A stretch of DNA of 64,000 nucleotides from Blasia pusilla. Lineage: Eukaryota. Position 1 is the stretch's first letter. Each line of letters opens with the position of its first letter. The position numbers and the translations under genes were made by a program. The stretch is from positions 23,746,001 through 23,810,000 of the forward strand of contig CM114271.1 in the NCBI GenBank assembly GCA_050084515.1. Reading direction: 5' to 3'. A model generated the notes under the pieces. The model did not search any database and had not been told where the DNA came from. It was given only the letters and a program-made list of their open reading frames with translations. Shown piece after piece: positions 39,800-51,864 of this stretch.

Positions 39800-41230
39800 T
39801 GGAGACTTGAGAGCCGATATGGGCCCTAAGTTGAAAGGAGGAGAGCGGCGCGGATACATTAGTTCCTCACGAGTTATAGGAGCTGCTTTCTATTTAGCAT
39901 GGAGGATTTGGGTACGCTAAAGGGACCGGGGGTCCGCATTGAGTTGTCGAGTGATACGCCGATCTTCCGACGACCCTACAGGTACAGTGATATTGAGAGG
40001 GGTGTGATTCAGAGTAGGAGCCAGGACTTGGGTGAGCGGGACTAGTGGAGATGTCCCATGGGGAGTATCTCCATTTCATGCCCGCCGAGAAGGACGTGCA
40101 TGGCAACTGGACGGATAGGCGGATGTGTGGGGATTACCAACCTATCAATCGACAGACGAAGTCCAATAGGTATGGCATGCCTACCCCTGAGGAGATCTTT
40201 GATGCAATTGGTCATGCAAAGGTCTTCAGTTCATTGGATTTGCGAGCCGGATACCATCAACGCCTATCAGATTGGAGGACAAGCGTAAGACGGCATTTTG
40301 GGGCATCGATCCTCACGGGAAGGATTGTTTGTACTAGTGGCGGTTCTTACCATTTGGGTTAAAAAATGCCCCGGCTGAGTTTCAAAGGGTCATGGATAGG
40401 ATCTTGGTTGGTCTGGATTTTGCTAGGTGTTATATTGATGATATCATAGTCTTTAGCGCCACGGTTGAGGAGCATGAGCGATAGCTAGAGGAGGTGTTTC
40501 GACGATCGCAATTACATGGGCTGAAGCTACATCCAGGCAAGTGCAAGTTCTTCTATGACCAAATTGAGTACTTGGGTCATACGATATACCCCAAGGGGCC
40601 TTGGTGTTCAACAAACGAAGGTAGAGGCTATCTCACGCATTCCATGCCCTACACATGTGAGCCAGGTTCGCGCATTCATGGGATTGGTGAACTTCTATCG
40701 GCGATATGTCAAGGGATTCAGTTTGATTGCGAAGCCACTGACCTTGCTGACCAAGGTGGATCATGAGTGGCACTGGGGGGATAAGCAGGAGCAAGCATTT
40801 TAGTTGACGTCTGCGCCCATCTTGAGGAGACCGATCAGGGGGCGTCCTTTCTAGTTGCACACAGATTGGAGCATGTTGGGCCTTGGATCAGTGCTCACCC
40901 AGCATGATGATGAGGAAAGAGAGTTCGTGGTGGCTTACACTAGCCGCTCAAACAACGCTGTAGTACACCTCGTATGAGGGTGAGTGCTTGGCTGCGGTGT
41001 GGGCTGTCGCGTATTTCAAGTGTTACTTATTCGGCAACCCCTTTACCATCATCACTGATCATCAACCACTGAATTGGTTGATGGAGTCCGACAAGCTTAC
41101 TAGAAAGCTTGCGAGATGGGCTCTGTTGTTGCAGGAATATGATTTTCAGGTGGTACATAAACGTGGGACGCTCAACCAAGATGCAGATGGGTTGAGTTGT
41201 AACCCATGCCCGAGTCAGCGAGATGCGACT
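39800..41230 (+). pseudogene. Gypsy reverse transcriptase and RNase H
   Basis: [66 protein letters not shown]. Confidence 0.93.
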
Positions 41231-41539
41231 TGAGCTCGATGGCATGGAGAGAGTGATGAGGAGTCGGTGTCGAATTCGGCCCTATTTAGGCATGTTGGCG
41301 ATGGCGAGGTCTAATGGAGAGTCCTGGATCCCGAGGCGGTGAGAAGACGACAGTGGCCGAGATATTCATGATGATGGAGAAGTCTTGGAGTACCTTCGAT
41401 CTTGGCAGGTGCAGCACTGTGGGTGCTAGAGAGCGAGATCGATCCTCTGACCGGGAGGCGGTTCCGTTGGGAGGGGACACATGTTTTGAGGGTTTGGGAG
41501 GATGGCAGAGTACGCGAGGCCGATCCTTTGCAGAGAGCA

Positions 41540-42794
41540 CGACTAGTGCAAAGATGCCCACGAGGAGTTGGGTCACTTTGGGATGAAGCGAACGCATGCC
41601 TTGCTCCAGATTCGATATTGGTGGCAAGGTATGCAGATCGGCGTTCAACGCTTTGTTGCTAGGTGCATGGTGTGTGATTGCGTCCGAGCATCGTTCAATG
41701 CTCGACTCCGATTGCATCCATTACCGATCATGGGCTTAGGGTATAGATGGAGTTTGGATTTTGCAAGACCTTTACCTTTGACAGAGCGTCAGAGTCGTTA
41801 TGTGTTGGTGATGGTCGAGCACTTCTCGAAGTGGATCGAGTTGGTTGCATTGCGTGACAAAGCAAGTGAGGGAGTAGCTTATGCCTTCGTTGACAGAGTG
41901 CTAAGTCATTATGGCGCACCGGCTGAGGTGTTGTCAGACCAGGGTGCCGAGTTTTGGGGTGAGTTCCAAGCCTTTTGTGATCAAGCGCTGATCGACCACC
42001 GCATGACTTCGCAAGATCATCCCGAGGCGGATGGATTAGCAGAGAGTGTTGTGTAGACGGTGAAGAGGGGTTTACGCAAGTATGGCTTACAGAGAGGTCA
42101 CCTACGAGATTGGGACCTCCTGTTGCCATGGTTGGCGATGGGATACAGATTCAGCAAGCAGACATCCTTAGCGTCTTTTTCACCGTACTTGCTACTTTAT
42201 GGCCAAGAGCGAGATTCACCAGCGGCCATTCGTCGAGATGCTGGTGAGGTGCTGGACCTTGATGACCCAGATGTATGGGTGCGAGCATGTTCTCAGAGGG
42301 CTGAGTTATTTCAGAGAGTGATGCCCATGGCGTTCGAGAACTTGGCGATTGTGCAACATCGGGATACGTTGAGATATGCGACTATTCGGGGTGGTGGTTA
42401 TCGACCAATTATCCAGAAGTTTCATCAAGGAGATTACGTCTACTTGCAGCAGACGGCACCGACGAGGTTGGATGTGACTGCAGGACGCACTATCCTGAGA
42501 GTGCATGACGTTTTGCCATCCGGTGTTCTTTTGCTAGAGGGACGCGATGGTATGGTATGGAAGAACCATGTGCGTAATTGTGCACCATATCACCTTCCTA
42601 ACATTGATAGTACATTGGATCCGAGCTTAGCAGTAGTTCCTGCAGGCTTGCGTTGTATGTTGTGTGGTTATGTCCGTGGTGCGGCCACGATGCTAGTCTA
42701 CGATGGTTGTTCGAGAGGTTGGCATATGGCATGTCTGACCCCCCCTCTCACTAGGGTTCCAAGGGGACGATGGATGTGTACCAGATGTACATAG
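41540..42794 (+). pseudogene. DDE integrase with C-terminal PHD finger (42654-42791)
   Basis: HHCC zinc finger (H..LGH...CMVC); WSLDF / LSDQG / GLAE triad; C4HC3 pattern CMLC...(C>Y)DGC...WHMAC...WMCTRC. Confidence 0.92.
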
Positions 42795-42971
42795 AAGAGA
42801 TACTAGGTAGGTTTCGATCCCGACTTTTTCTCTGACATGGATGACAGGAAGGCGAGTAACGATGGGGCCACATGAGCACCAGGCCTTCTTGCTCTTAGCG
42901 TCCGAGAGATGTATGTCATGGTAGGTAGGAATAGATGGCTATCTGGAATTAGAGGGACCTAACCACCAACT

Positions 42972-42982
42972 AGGGGGGGCGA
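42972..42982 (+). other. Polypurine tract
   Basis: agggggggcga lies immediately before block B1. The equivalent aggggggcgg precedes the B-like block of the minus-strand copy (55920-55929). Confidence 0.7.
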
Positions 42983-42983
42983 T

Positions 42984-43108
42984 TGGAGATATTTGGTACT
43001 TCTTGTCTTGTTGTTTGGATGCCATGAGTTAGTATGGGATCGTGCGTGTTTGTGTGTGTGTTCGGTGACAACGATGTATGTTGTGTAGCGATGTGTATAC
43101 GCACGACA
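42984..43108 (+). repeat. Terminal repeat block B1
   Basis: Direct repeat of 43630-43754. TG...CA ends. Confidence 0.9.
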
Positions 43109-43110
43109 GT

Positions 43111-43754
43111 TGTCATGTCCTTTAGGATAGATCGGTGAGATCTAGTAGAGCGTCTTCAAGAGTAGTGGAGGACATGCCTAGGAGGTCGAGGATGACTTGC
43201 TGAGGCCCCGAGAAACCTGAGAGAGCAGGTTTCCCCTTCGTTTTGGCTCATTTGGAGCCATATTGAAGAACTTACTATTTTAGGCTATTACCATTTTGAG
43301 TATATGATCGACTTTCTATTTTTGGTAAGTGGCCCTTGACCTCCTACATCAGGTCAAGAGCCAAAGAGGTGACTTGGAAGAATAGGTTACCATGGAGAGA
43401 GCTTGGGAGAGGGGAGGGGTATATATCCCAAGGAGAGAGAGCTTGAGAGCTCATTCTCTCTTTGTTGAATCTCTTGGCATGAGGCGGCGGACCTATGGTC
43501 CCTTGTCTTGTGAGTGTAACCCAAGCTTCTCATTAGGAGAGTGGGTTTGGTTTGACATGAGAGAGAGTACACACCTTTGAGAGCTATGGTGTGAGATTGT
43601 GTAGAAAGAGTTTGGATCTTACTTTACATTGGAGATATTTGGTACTTCTTGTCTCGTTGTTTGGATACAATGAGTTAGCATGGGATCATGCGTGTTTATG
43701 TGTGTGTTCGGTGACAACGATGTATGTTGTGTAGCGATGTATATGCGCACGACA
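43111..43754 (+). repeat. Terminal blocks A2 (43111-43628) and B2 (43629-43754)
   Basis: A2 repeats 33663-34116 and B2 repeats 42983-43108. Confidence 0.9.
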
Positions 43755-46198
43755 CGTGAGAGAACAGGTTTCCCCTTCGTTTCGGCTCATTTGGAGCCAT
43801 ATTGAAGAACTTACTATTTTAGATAAGTACTATTTTGAGTATATGATCAACTTTATATTTTTGGCAAGTGACCCTTCACCTCCTACATCAGGTCAAGAGC
43901 CAAGGAAGTACTTGGGACCAGGTCATCATGATGAGAGCTTGGGAGAGGGGAGGGGTATACCTCAAGGAGAGAGAGCTTGAGAGCTCAATTCTCTTTTTGT
44001 TGAACCTCTTGGCATGAGGCGGCGGAGCCATGGTCTTGTTTGCCTTGTGTGTGTAACCCAAGTCTCTCATTAGGAGAGTGGGTTTGGTTTGACATTAAGA
44101 GAGACATGTGAGAGTGCACACATGTGAGAACTATGGTGTTGTGAGAGAGATTGGATCTTATTTTACAAAGAGAGAATGAGTGAATGATAAAGCTTCATGG
44201 GGGAGCTCGCTGGTTGCTTGATGTTTGGTGCAGGTTGGGGGACCGTATTCCTCGCTTCATGGCTTATGGGAGTGCTCACCGGAGCAAGAGTCGTGCGAGT
44301 TTGATGTTTTGCTTTGCTGATTTTTTTTGTAGGGGAGAATGACACGCGGAAGCGCTTCCGAATTTTCGATAGGAATTGAGTATGGGGACGGATTGCTCCA
44401 TGCCGGTGCTCTCAAGAGCACCATGTAACTTGCTGATTTGTTTTCTCACACGTTTTATATTTTTTTGGGAGAAATCAGCGCGGAAGCGCTACCAAATTTT
44501 GTGTAGGAGAAAGAGACGTTGGGCTTTACGACCATCCCCATAAGTTCTTACTAGAATGTCCAATTCAAAATATCTTTTGATAGTGTTGTAGATCATGAAG
44601 TTATGCACACTCTACTATAGATAATGCACGATTTGGAGTTGCGAACAAAACGTTACGGTCAATCTTGCAAAATTTCCATTGCTACGTGATTTTTAGGGTT
44701 AAATTGTTCAAACCCTAAATGACCCGCCGCCCCGGCGGCCCGTCGCCGTCAAAGGCACCGTCACCATCAACAATCAACGTTCCACCATCACCATCAATGG
44801 TCAACCATCACCGTCAACGGTTCACCTTCCACCGTCGGCCGCCACCGCCGCCTAGTGTTGCTTAGAGCCGCGTTCGGCCGTTGTCCACCCTTGGTTGCCA
44901 TTACCGCCACTACAGAGTGGAGGGTCTTCCACGATAGCCGTTATTTCTCTAACTTGCGCCGCCACCACGTACTTTGTTTTGGCCCCCACCGTCATTGCAG
45001 TTTCGTCATCAACCAGTGATGGCAGGTGACCTCGGGTTATGGTGTTTGAGTTTTTATTTCATGGTGCTATGTTGTGATTGGTAGCCTCTTGACGATGATC
45101 AAGTACTTTGCCGTAACGCCCATAGCCACAATGCGCCACTGATTGCCGCCTCGTGCCGCTCGTGGCCGCACCGCACTGTCTCGATCGCGGAGCCGCTCCT
45201 TCACTAAGGAGCAGAGTGTGTGAATTGTTGATTGAGGAGGGTATGCCGCTGAGTGCCATATCCCATTCTCCAGTGCCGTGCCGTTTGTAGCCATTCCATG
45301 CCGCCAATGCCGCACCGGACTGTTAGACCTGCACTTCACATCAAGGAGGTTTGAGCAATGTCAGTACGAGAGCAGTTTGACTTGCTGATTGGAGGAGTTA
45401 TCTTCATGACCGAGTTGGGGTCGAGATTTGCAGTTCCCGAGGAGCGACATCAACATCATTTTCAGGTTATCCATTCTAGTCTCTTACCCTGTACGTGTGA
45501 GAGATTTCTGGATATTGGGAAGTTATTTGAGATATTGGGTTTCGTGGTGATTGAGAGCATCGATGATGTATGGGTTTAGGGGACATAGACGTATGTGGGA
45601 TATCCAGAGTTGAGGATGGTTTATCGATGAGACGATAGATCAGTTGATTTGCCGCACCATGGATGATGTAAGGGTTTAGGGGACATAAACTTGTGTGGGA
45701 TGTCTAGAGTTGAGGATGGTTTGTCGATGAGATGATAGATCAGTTGATTTTCTGCACCATACTCCTTGTTGCCACACAACACACATCTCAGTGAGAGAGT
45801 GTAGATTGAGTGTCGCATGTTTAGTTTTAGTGATTGAGGGATTACTTGCGAGATTGAGAGTGATCATGTGAGAGGGGCACGAGGGCCATCACAACGTCCT
45901 TTCAAGATTTTGAGAGGCGAGGTAGTGGACCTGAGAGTAGCTCTAGAGGATTTACTTGGAGTGGTGCGAGGTTTCGAGGGTCTCCACGTGAGAGACTACC
46001 TCGATCATCTTATGTGTCATCTTCAAACAAGAGGAAGCATGTAGAGGAGTGTGTTAGTGATCCACCGTACACATTGAGTGGTCCTACCAGTTGGGCATAC
46101 GAGATGGACGACCGGGTTAGAGGATCGCGTAGGTTTTCGGGTGCTGCAGATACTCTAGAGCTACATGACTTCATTGTGGAGTTTAGGAGTTGGTGTGA

Positions 46199-49100
46199 CT
46201 CACACACATACCACCATGGAGAATAAAATTTGCAATGAGAGATTGAGTGGAGGCTAGTCCTCTTCTCAATTATATAGGGTATGTACAAGAAACCCTAACC
46301 CTACCCTTAACCATAGTCTCGAGCTAGACTAACTTCGATTAACTAACCCTAGTTAAGATAATCGTGCTTAACTAACTAACCAAGATTAAGCTTCCCTACT
46401 TCGTGTGAGTACCAAATATAGCAGTTCACGTGTCTCATAAGCTTGACTCTAATTCAATCTTCAATACTCCCCCTCAAGCTCATATCGATATCTGTAACGC
46501 CTAAATCCTTTCTAAACATCTCAAACTTATCTCTAGACAATGCCTTTGTAAAGATGTCAGCAATTTGTTGATCTGTACATATATACAGAAGATCAATTTC
46601 TCCTACAAGCACTTTCTCTCTGGATAAATGATAGTGCACCTCAACATGCTTTGTACGAGCATGAAACACAGGGTTATTAGCAAGCTTGATGCTACTAACA
46701 TTGTCTGCATATATTACACTAGGTCCTAAGTTACTAACACCAATCTTAACAAAGTAATCGATGAAGCCACACCGTCTCACATGGTGCATTGGTTGCTCAT
46801 CTGCACTCAGCCTCTATTGAAGATAAAGCAAATGTAGGTTGCTTCTTTGAAGCCCAACTTATAGCTTCCCAAAGTAAAGGAATATCCAGATGTGGAATGT
46901 CGATTAGACACACTTCTTGCCCAATCAGCATCTGTGAATTCCTATAATTGAAAACTCGGAGAAGGTTCAAATTGAAGCTCGAATTGAATAGAGAATTTCA
47001 CATACTGCATAATCCTCCTCACAACATCAAGGTGAGATTTTCGAGGTGCTTGCATAAACTGGCTCACTAGGCCAACAACATAGCTCAAATCTGGTTTGGT
47101 TATTGTTAGATAGATCAAACTTCTAACCATGTGTCTTTACATATTAGAATCTGCAAGCAGTTCTCCTTCATCCACTCTTAGCTTCACGCTGTGGTCTAAT
47201 GGTGTAGAGATTGGCTTACAAGCCGTCATACCATATTTTGAAAGCATATGAAGAGCATATTGTTGTTGTAGTAACCACATGCTCTCTCCAACCTTGATAA
47301 ACTCAATACTAAGGAAGTACTCGAGTTCTCCCAAATCCTTCATATAAAATTCTGCTTGTAACTTAAGCTTGACTCATTGTACAATTTCTTCAGTATTCCC
47401 AGTAATCAAGAGATCGTCAACATACAACACAATGAGAATTGTATGATCTTGTCCTCTCGAGACATATAACGAGGAGTTAAAATCATATACCCTAAAACCT
47501 AACTCTTGTAAGATGTATGTAATCTTGCCATACAAGCTCTTGGAGCTTATTTGAGCCCGTATAGAGCTTTCTTCAACTTGTACACGCGAAATGGAAACTT
47601 AGGATGCTCGTATCCAGGTGGTTGAGTCATATATACCTCCTCGTATAGATCTTCATTCAAGAAAGCATTCTTGATGTCCATATGATGTAATCTTCACTTC
47701 TTACATACTACAACTGCAACCACTGTTCTCATAGTCACAATCTTTGCAACAAAGCTAAATGTTTCCTTATAATCAATACCATATTGTTGTGCATAGCCCT
47801 TAGCCATCAATCTCGCTTTGTATGTGTTAATTGTACCATCTTGATTGCGCTTGATTTTATAAACCCATTTGCAACCAATAGATTCATAGATGAATCTATT
47901 AATTGGATATGTATTTCTACTTGATCTACGAAGTTGTTGTTAAGAGGTAGATGCCTCTAACACCTAATTCGAGCTCTGACTAGTGTCAACAGACTGAATA
48001 CGTACTCTTGCCATCCATGGACTCACAGATTTAACTGATGAATCTAGGACCTCTCCTAATCCTGCACTAGTACTTGGGAAAGTTGAAGACAATGTCTGTT
48101 GGTTTATACTCATATTTTTCCCCTCAACAGACAAGTTTAGAGGTGGAATAGGCTACAATGGAGCATACCATAACTTATGCTCATCAAAGGCAACATCCCA
48201 ACTAAAAATACGCTGCCTAGAGGATGGAATGTAGCACTTATACCCCTTAGTTCCATCAACATAGCCAATGAAGATACATCTTTCAGACTTGGGGTCTAAT
48301 TTCTGACGTCTCTCAGAAGGAACAAGAGCATAACAAATACAGCCAAATCCTTTCAAGAAGGAAAAATCAGGTTTACTTCCTGTGAAGACTTCGAATGGAG
48401 TTTTATCATGAACTCTTGCTGTTGGAGTTCGGTTGATTAAGAAGACTGTACATGCTACAACCTTTGCCCAATATACCTTAGGCATGTTCTTCTCATTCAG
48501 CATAGCTCGTGCCGCTTCAATAATATGTCGATTCTTCCTTTCAACCACTCCATTTTGCTGTGGAGTGTAACGGCAAGTCACTTGACGTTGGATGCCATTC
48601 TGACGTAAATAGTCATCAAACTCTATTGAAAGATACTCTCCTCCTCCATCACAACGCAATTTGAGAATGTGTTGTCGAATCTACTTGTCTAGTAGAACTC
48701 TAAATGTTTGGAACACTGAGAATACCTCTGACTTGGCTTTCAGAAAGTATACCCATATATACCTAGAGAAGTCATCAATAAATGAAACAAAGTAGTGAAA
48801 ACCACTAAGGCTATTTTGTGATGCTGTCCACACTTCACCGTGGATCAACTCAAATATCTTGGATGCTCTTCCACCTTGCTTTGGAAAAGGAAATCTAGCT
48901 TGTTTTCCTAATAGGCAAGCAGAACATACCTCTAACGTAGTAGGACTCGCTAATTTAGGGAGTCATATTACTATATTAGATGATGAAAGACTCACTAAAC
49001 TTTGAAGATTCATATGTCCAATTATTTTATGCTACATATTTAGATCTATGACATGTTGGTCGGTTTGATCATACATTGATGTTTGAATCTCTGGCATAGA

Positions 49101-50834
49101 AATGTCTAATTTGAACTTTCTGCCAGATCTAGTTCTTTTGGCTATCGTAGTCTGGTCATCCATTGTTTCAATGAAACAACCATCTGCGTTAAAATTCACT
49201 TGATAACCGTGTTCTACTATTTGTCCTACAGAGATTAGATTTCTTGCAATCGTAGGGACATAAAGAGCATTTCCAAGAGCACAAAGACCATCTGATGTTA
49301 TTGGAACTTTACCGATATGCGTGATATGATGTTGAGTGCCTCTTCATCCATATGCTTGATATCCACCACGACCACAGAAGTTTCTGCCACGACCCCCGCC
49401 TCTGTTTGATCCATAACTTGCAAATAGCGCACTCTCTTGCAGACTAGATGAGCTACCGCTACATACTAGGCGCATCTCTTCACTGATCAATACATGAATT
49501 GACTCTTGAAAGGTTGGATACTTCTTTCTCATAGAGATAGAAGTCTGAAAGGATTTATAATCCTTTGGAAGACCTTAAAGAGTGAAAAAAATCAGATCAT
49601 CTTCTAATTTCACTCCAATGCTATTCAATTGATCAACAATATGACTAATACTCAAAATATAATCATTGATGCCCTATGATCCTTTCCTCACTTCGTTCAA
49701 TTGCTGTTTGAATTGAAGCTTTATGGACTTTGTAGATGTCTGGGAACAGCTTTTCCAATGCATCCCATGTCTCCTTTGGAGTATCAACATCTTGAATGTG
49801 ACCTATTATTGGCGAACTGATCGTTATTCAAATGTAGTGGATTACTTGCCTTGCGCGTTCGTTCCAAGCGCGAACATTCAAGTTTGTTGAGTCACCTTCT
49901 GACTAAGCCTCATCACTTGTGACAAGCTCCCATAATTCTTGACCCATGACAAATTGTTTCATGCAAAACTTCCAGACATTGTAATTCTGTTTGTCTAGCT
50001 TCTCGCTTGTGATTGCTGTTGAGGAATACTCCATGATAAACGATTTCACTCACAAAAACATAATTTCAGGATTTCTACTACTCCAACTGAAGCATAGACC
50101 ACTCCTACACAGAAATCAACCTGAAATTTGCCAAAATTGATCAACTGTATGAAAGAACTAGTTGAAATTGGCTTGTAGAGACCAAACTACACACTAATTG
50201 CACTTTCTTACACTGAAATTGCTATTGCAGGAGCTTAGAGTGTCCGAATCAAGCGATTTTAGGTGCGTTGGAAAGCTCTCAACGAGCTCTACAAGAAGGC
50301 TAGAACCAACTTTTAGCATTGTTCTAGCTGAAGCGGACTCAGACGGCTGAATCGGCCGGGAAAGCCCTAAAAATTGCCTCCAAAGTTTTATCACCGTCAA
50401 AGCTCCACCTGAAATTTGCACCGAATTTCTTCTCCCAATCTGAATTTTTTCCTTCTCTTGCCTCTCTTCTCTTTCCAAACACCAAGAATTTCAAGTGATG
50501 TTCTCCTTCCGCTCTGATATTATGTAGAAAACTGTTACACAAGCATAATTGGTGGTAAACGGCTCTCTCACACATACACCACCATGGAGAACAAAATTTG
50601 AAATGAGAGATTGAGTGGAGGTTGGTCCTCTTCTCAATTCTATAGGGTATGTACAAGAAACCATAATCCTACCCTTAACCATAGTCTCGAGTTAGACTAA
50701 CTGTGATTAACTAATCATAGTTAAGATAATCGTGCTTAACTAACTAACCAAGATTAAGCTTCCCTACTTTGTGTGAGTACCAAATGTAGCAGTTCATAGA
50801 TCTCATGAGCTTGACTGTAACTCAATCTTCAATA
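46199..50834 (-). mobile_element. Degenerate Ty1/Copia LTR retrotransposon; 5' LTR 50523-50834, 3' LTR 46199-46466 (end deleted), PBS remnant 50511-50522
   Basis: Integrase RCDGGGEY...YTPQQNGVVERKNR and SERCIFIGY lies upstream of RT (YKARL.AKGY.Q, VLYVDDLLI) and RNase H (NPVFHARTKHVEVHYH, QIADIFTKAL). PPT GAGGGGGAG. PBS TAATATCAGAGC resembles tRNA-iMet TGGTATCAGAGC. Confidence 0.93.
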
Positions 50835-51864
50835 GTTATGACGTTGGATGGTACGCCCGCCGAGGTTTCCTGGCTGGCCGCTACGCTATCTGAGCGTGGA
50901 GTTGGAGTTCCTACATCATGTTCAGAGGTGATTGTAGAGGAGGTGATGGACATGCCCTTGGAGTTGATGCTTGGGCCATCCACGTCAGATTCATGGCAGG
51001 CTGCAGCTGCTAGGATGACAGAGATGCCCGCTAAACCCGCCATAGAGCGTGCCATGGCTTCTCTAGGCGTTGTTTTGTTGGATAACCGGGGAGAGGTCTT
51101 TTAGTTGGTGAATCCAAGAGGTAGAGCTTTTAGTTTGCACCGCGTCTTGTTGGATTCAAGAGCGCAACCCCTAATGTTGGGGAAAGCGTCATTCAGAGGA
51201 TTGGGCTTGACGATAGCCGATGTGGAGCGTTGTCCATTTCGGATACAGACATCCTTGGGTGGAGCGAGTACCACACAGTATATCACCCGACAAGAGGTTG
51301 TGGTGAGGATTCGCTCGGGACATCCTACAGATGAGTTTGTGGTGCAAGCCAAGACAATAGTGACTGATGTAGAGTCCTACGACGTCTTGGTTGGTAGAGC
51401 AATGTTATACCCAATGGGGTTTTCCCTGGATTACTGAGAGGAGTCAGTGTCCTACAGACTAGAATGGCAGTCAAGTGATGAGAGCCTTAGCTCATTACCC
51501 ATTCGATTCACAGATGTAGTGATCGAGCAACGGCCAGGACAGATGGCGACCTTAGCAATATTTTGCAGTGCCATCACTTGGCCTAGTGATTTGATTGAGG
51601 AACATGTCCATGCAAAGGATACTCTCGTTCTTGACATTTCTAGAGGGGTGTCATGGTATCCGCATCAGTCCATCCATGGAGGAGAGGTGCCACTTTGGGG
51701 CTCGACTGAGGAGCTTCGACGCTTAGCCACTTAGCATGTGCAGAACGCGTAGAGCGAGACGTTTGCACTAGAGTGTGACGGGTCAGAGGAACCCTAGGTA
51801 GGCAAGAGTGCTCTTATGACCCCTTTGGACACCGCCCCGATTGTGTGGTGCATCCCAAAGGAGT

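Larger units (their letters stand above)
33663..43754 (+). mobile_element. Inner full-length, degenerate Ty3/Gypsy retrotransposon: gag-PR-DNMT-RT-RH-INT-PHD
   Basis: Termini TGTC...GACA. 4-bp TSD CGTG at 33659-33662 and 43755-43758, splitting block A of the outer copy. Gypsy domain order (RT-RH before INT). Confidence 0.93.

Noticed and set aside
33663-43754. Classification as a DIRS/Ngaro tyrosine-recombinase element
   Set aside because: It encodes an HHCC-DDE integrase and a protease, has a 4-bp TSD, and shows no recombinase motifs.
45562-45760. ~98-bp tandem duplication in the outer Gypsy leader
   Set aside because: Real but copy-specific, and an ordinary slippage or unequal-exchange event.
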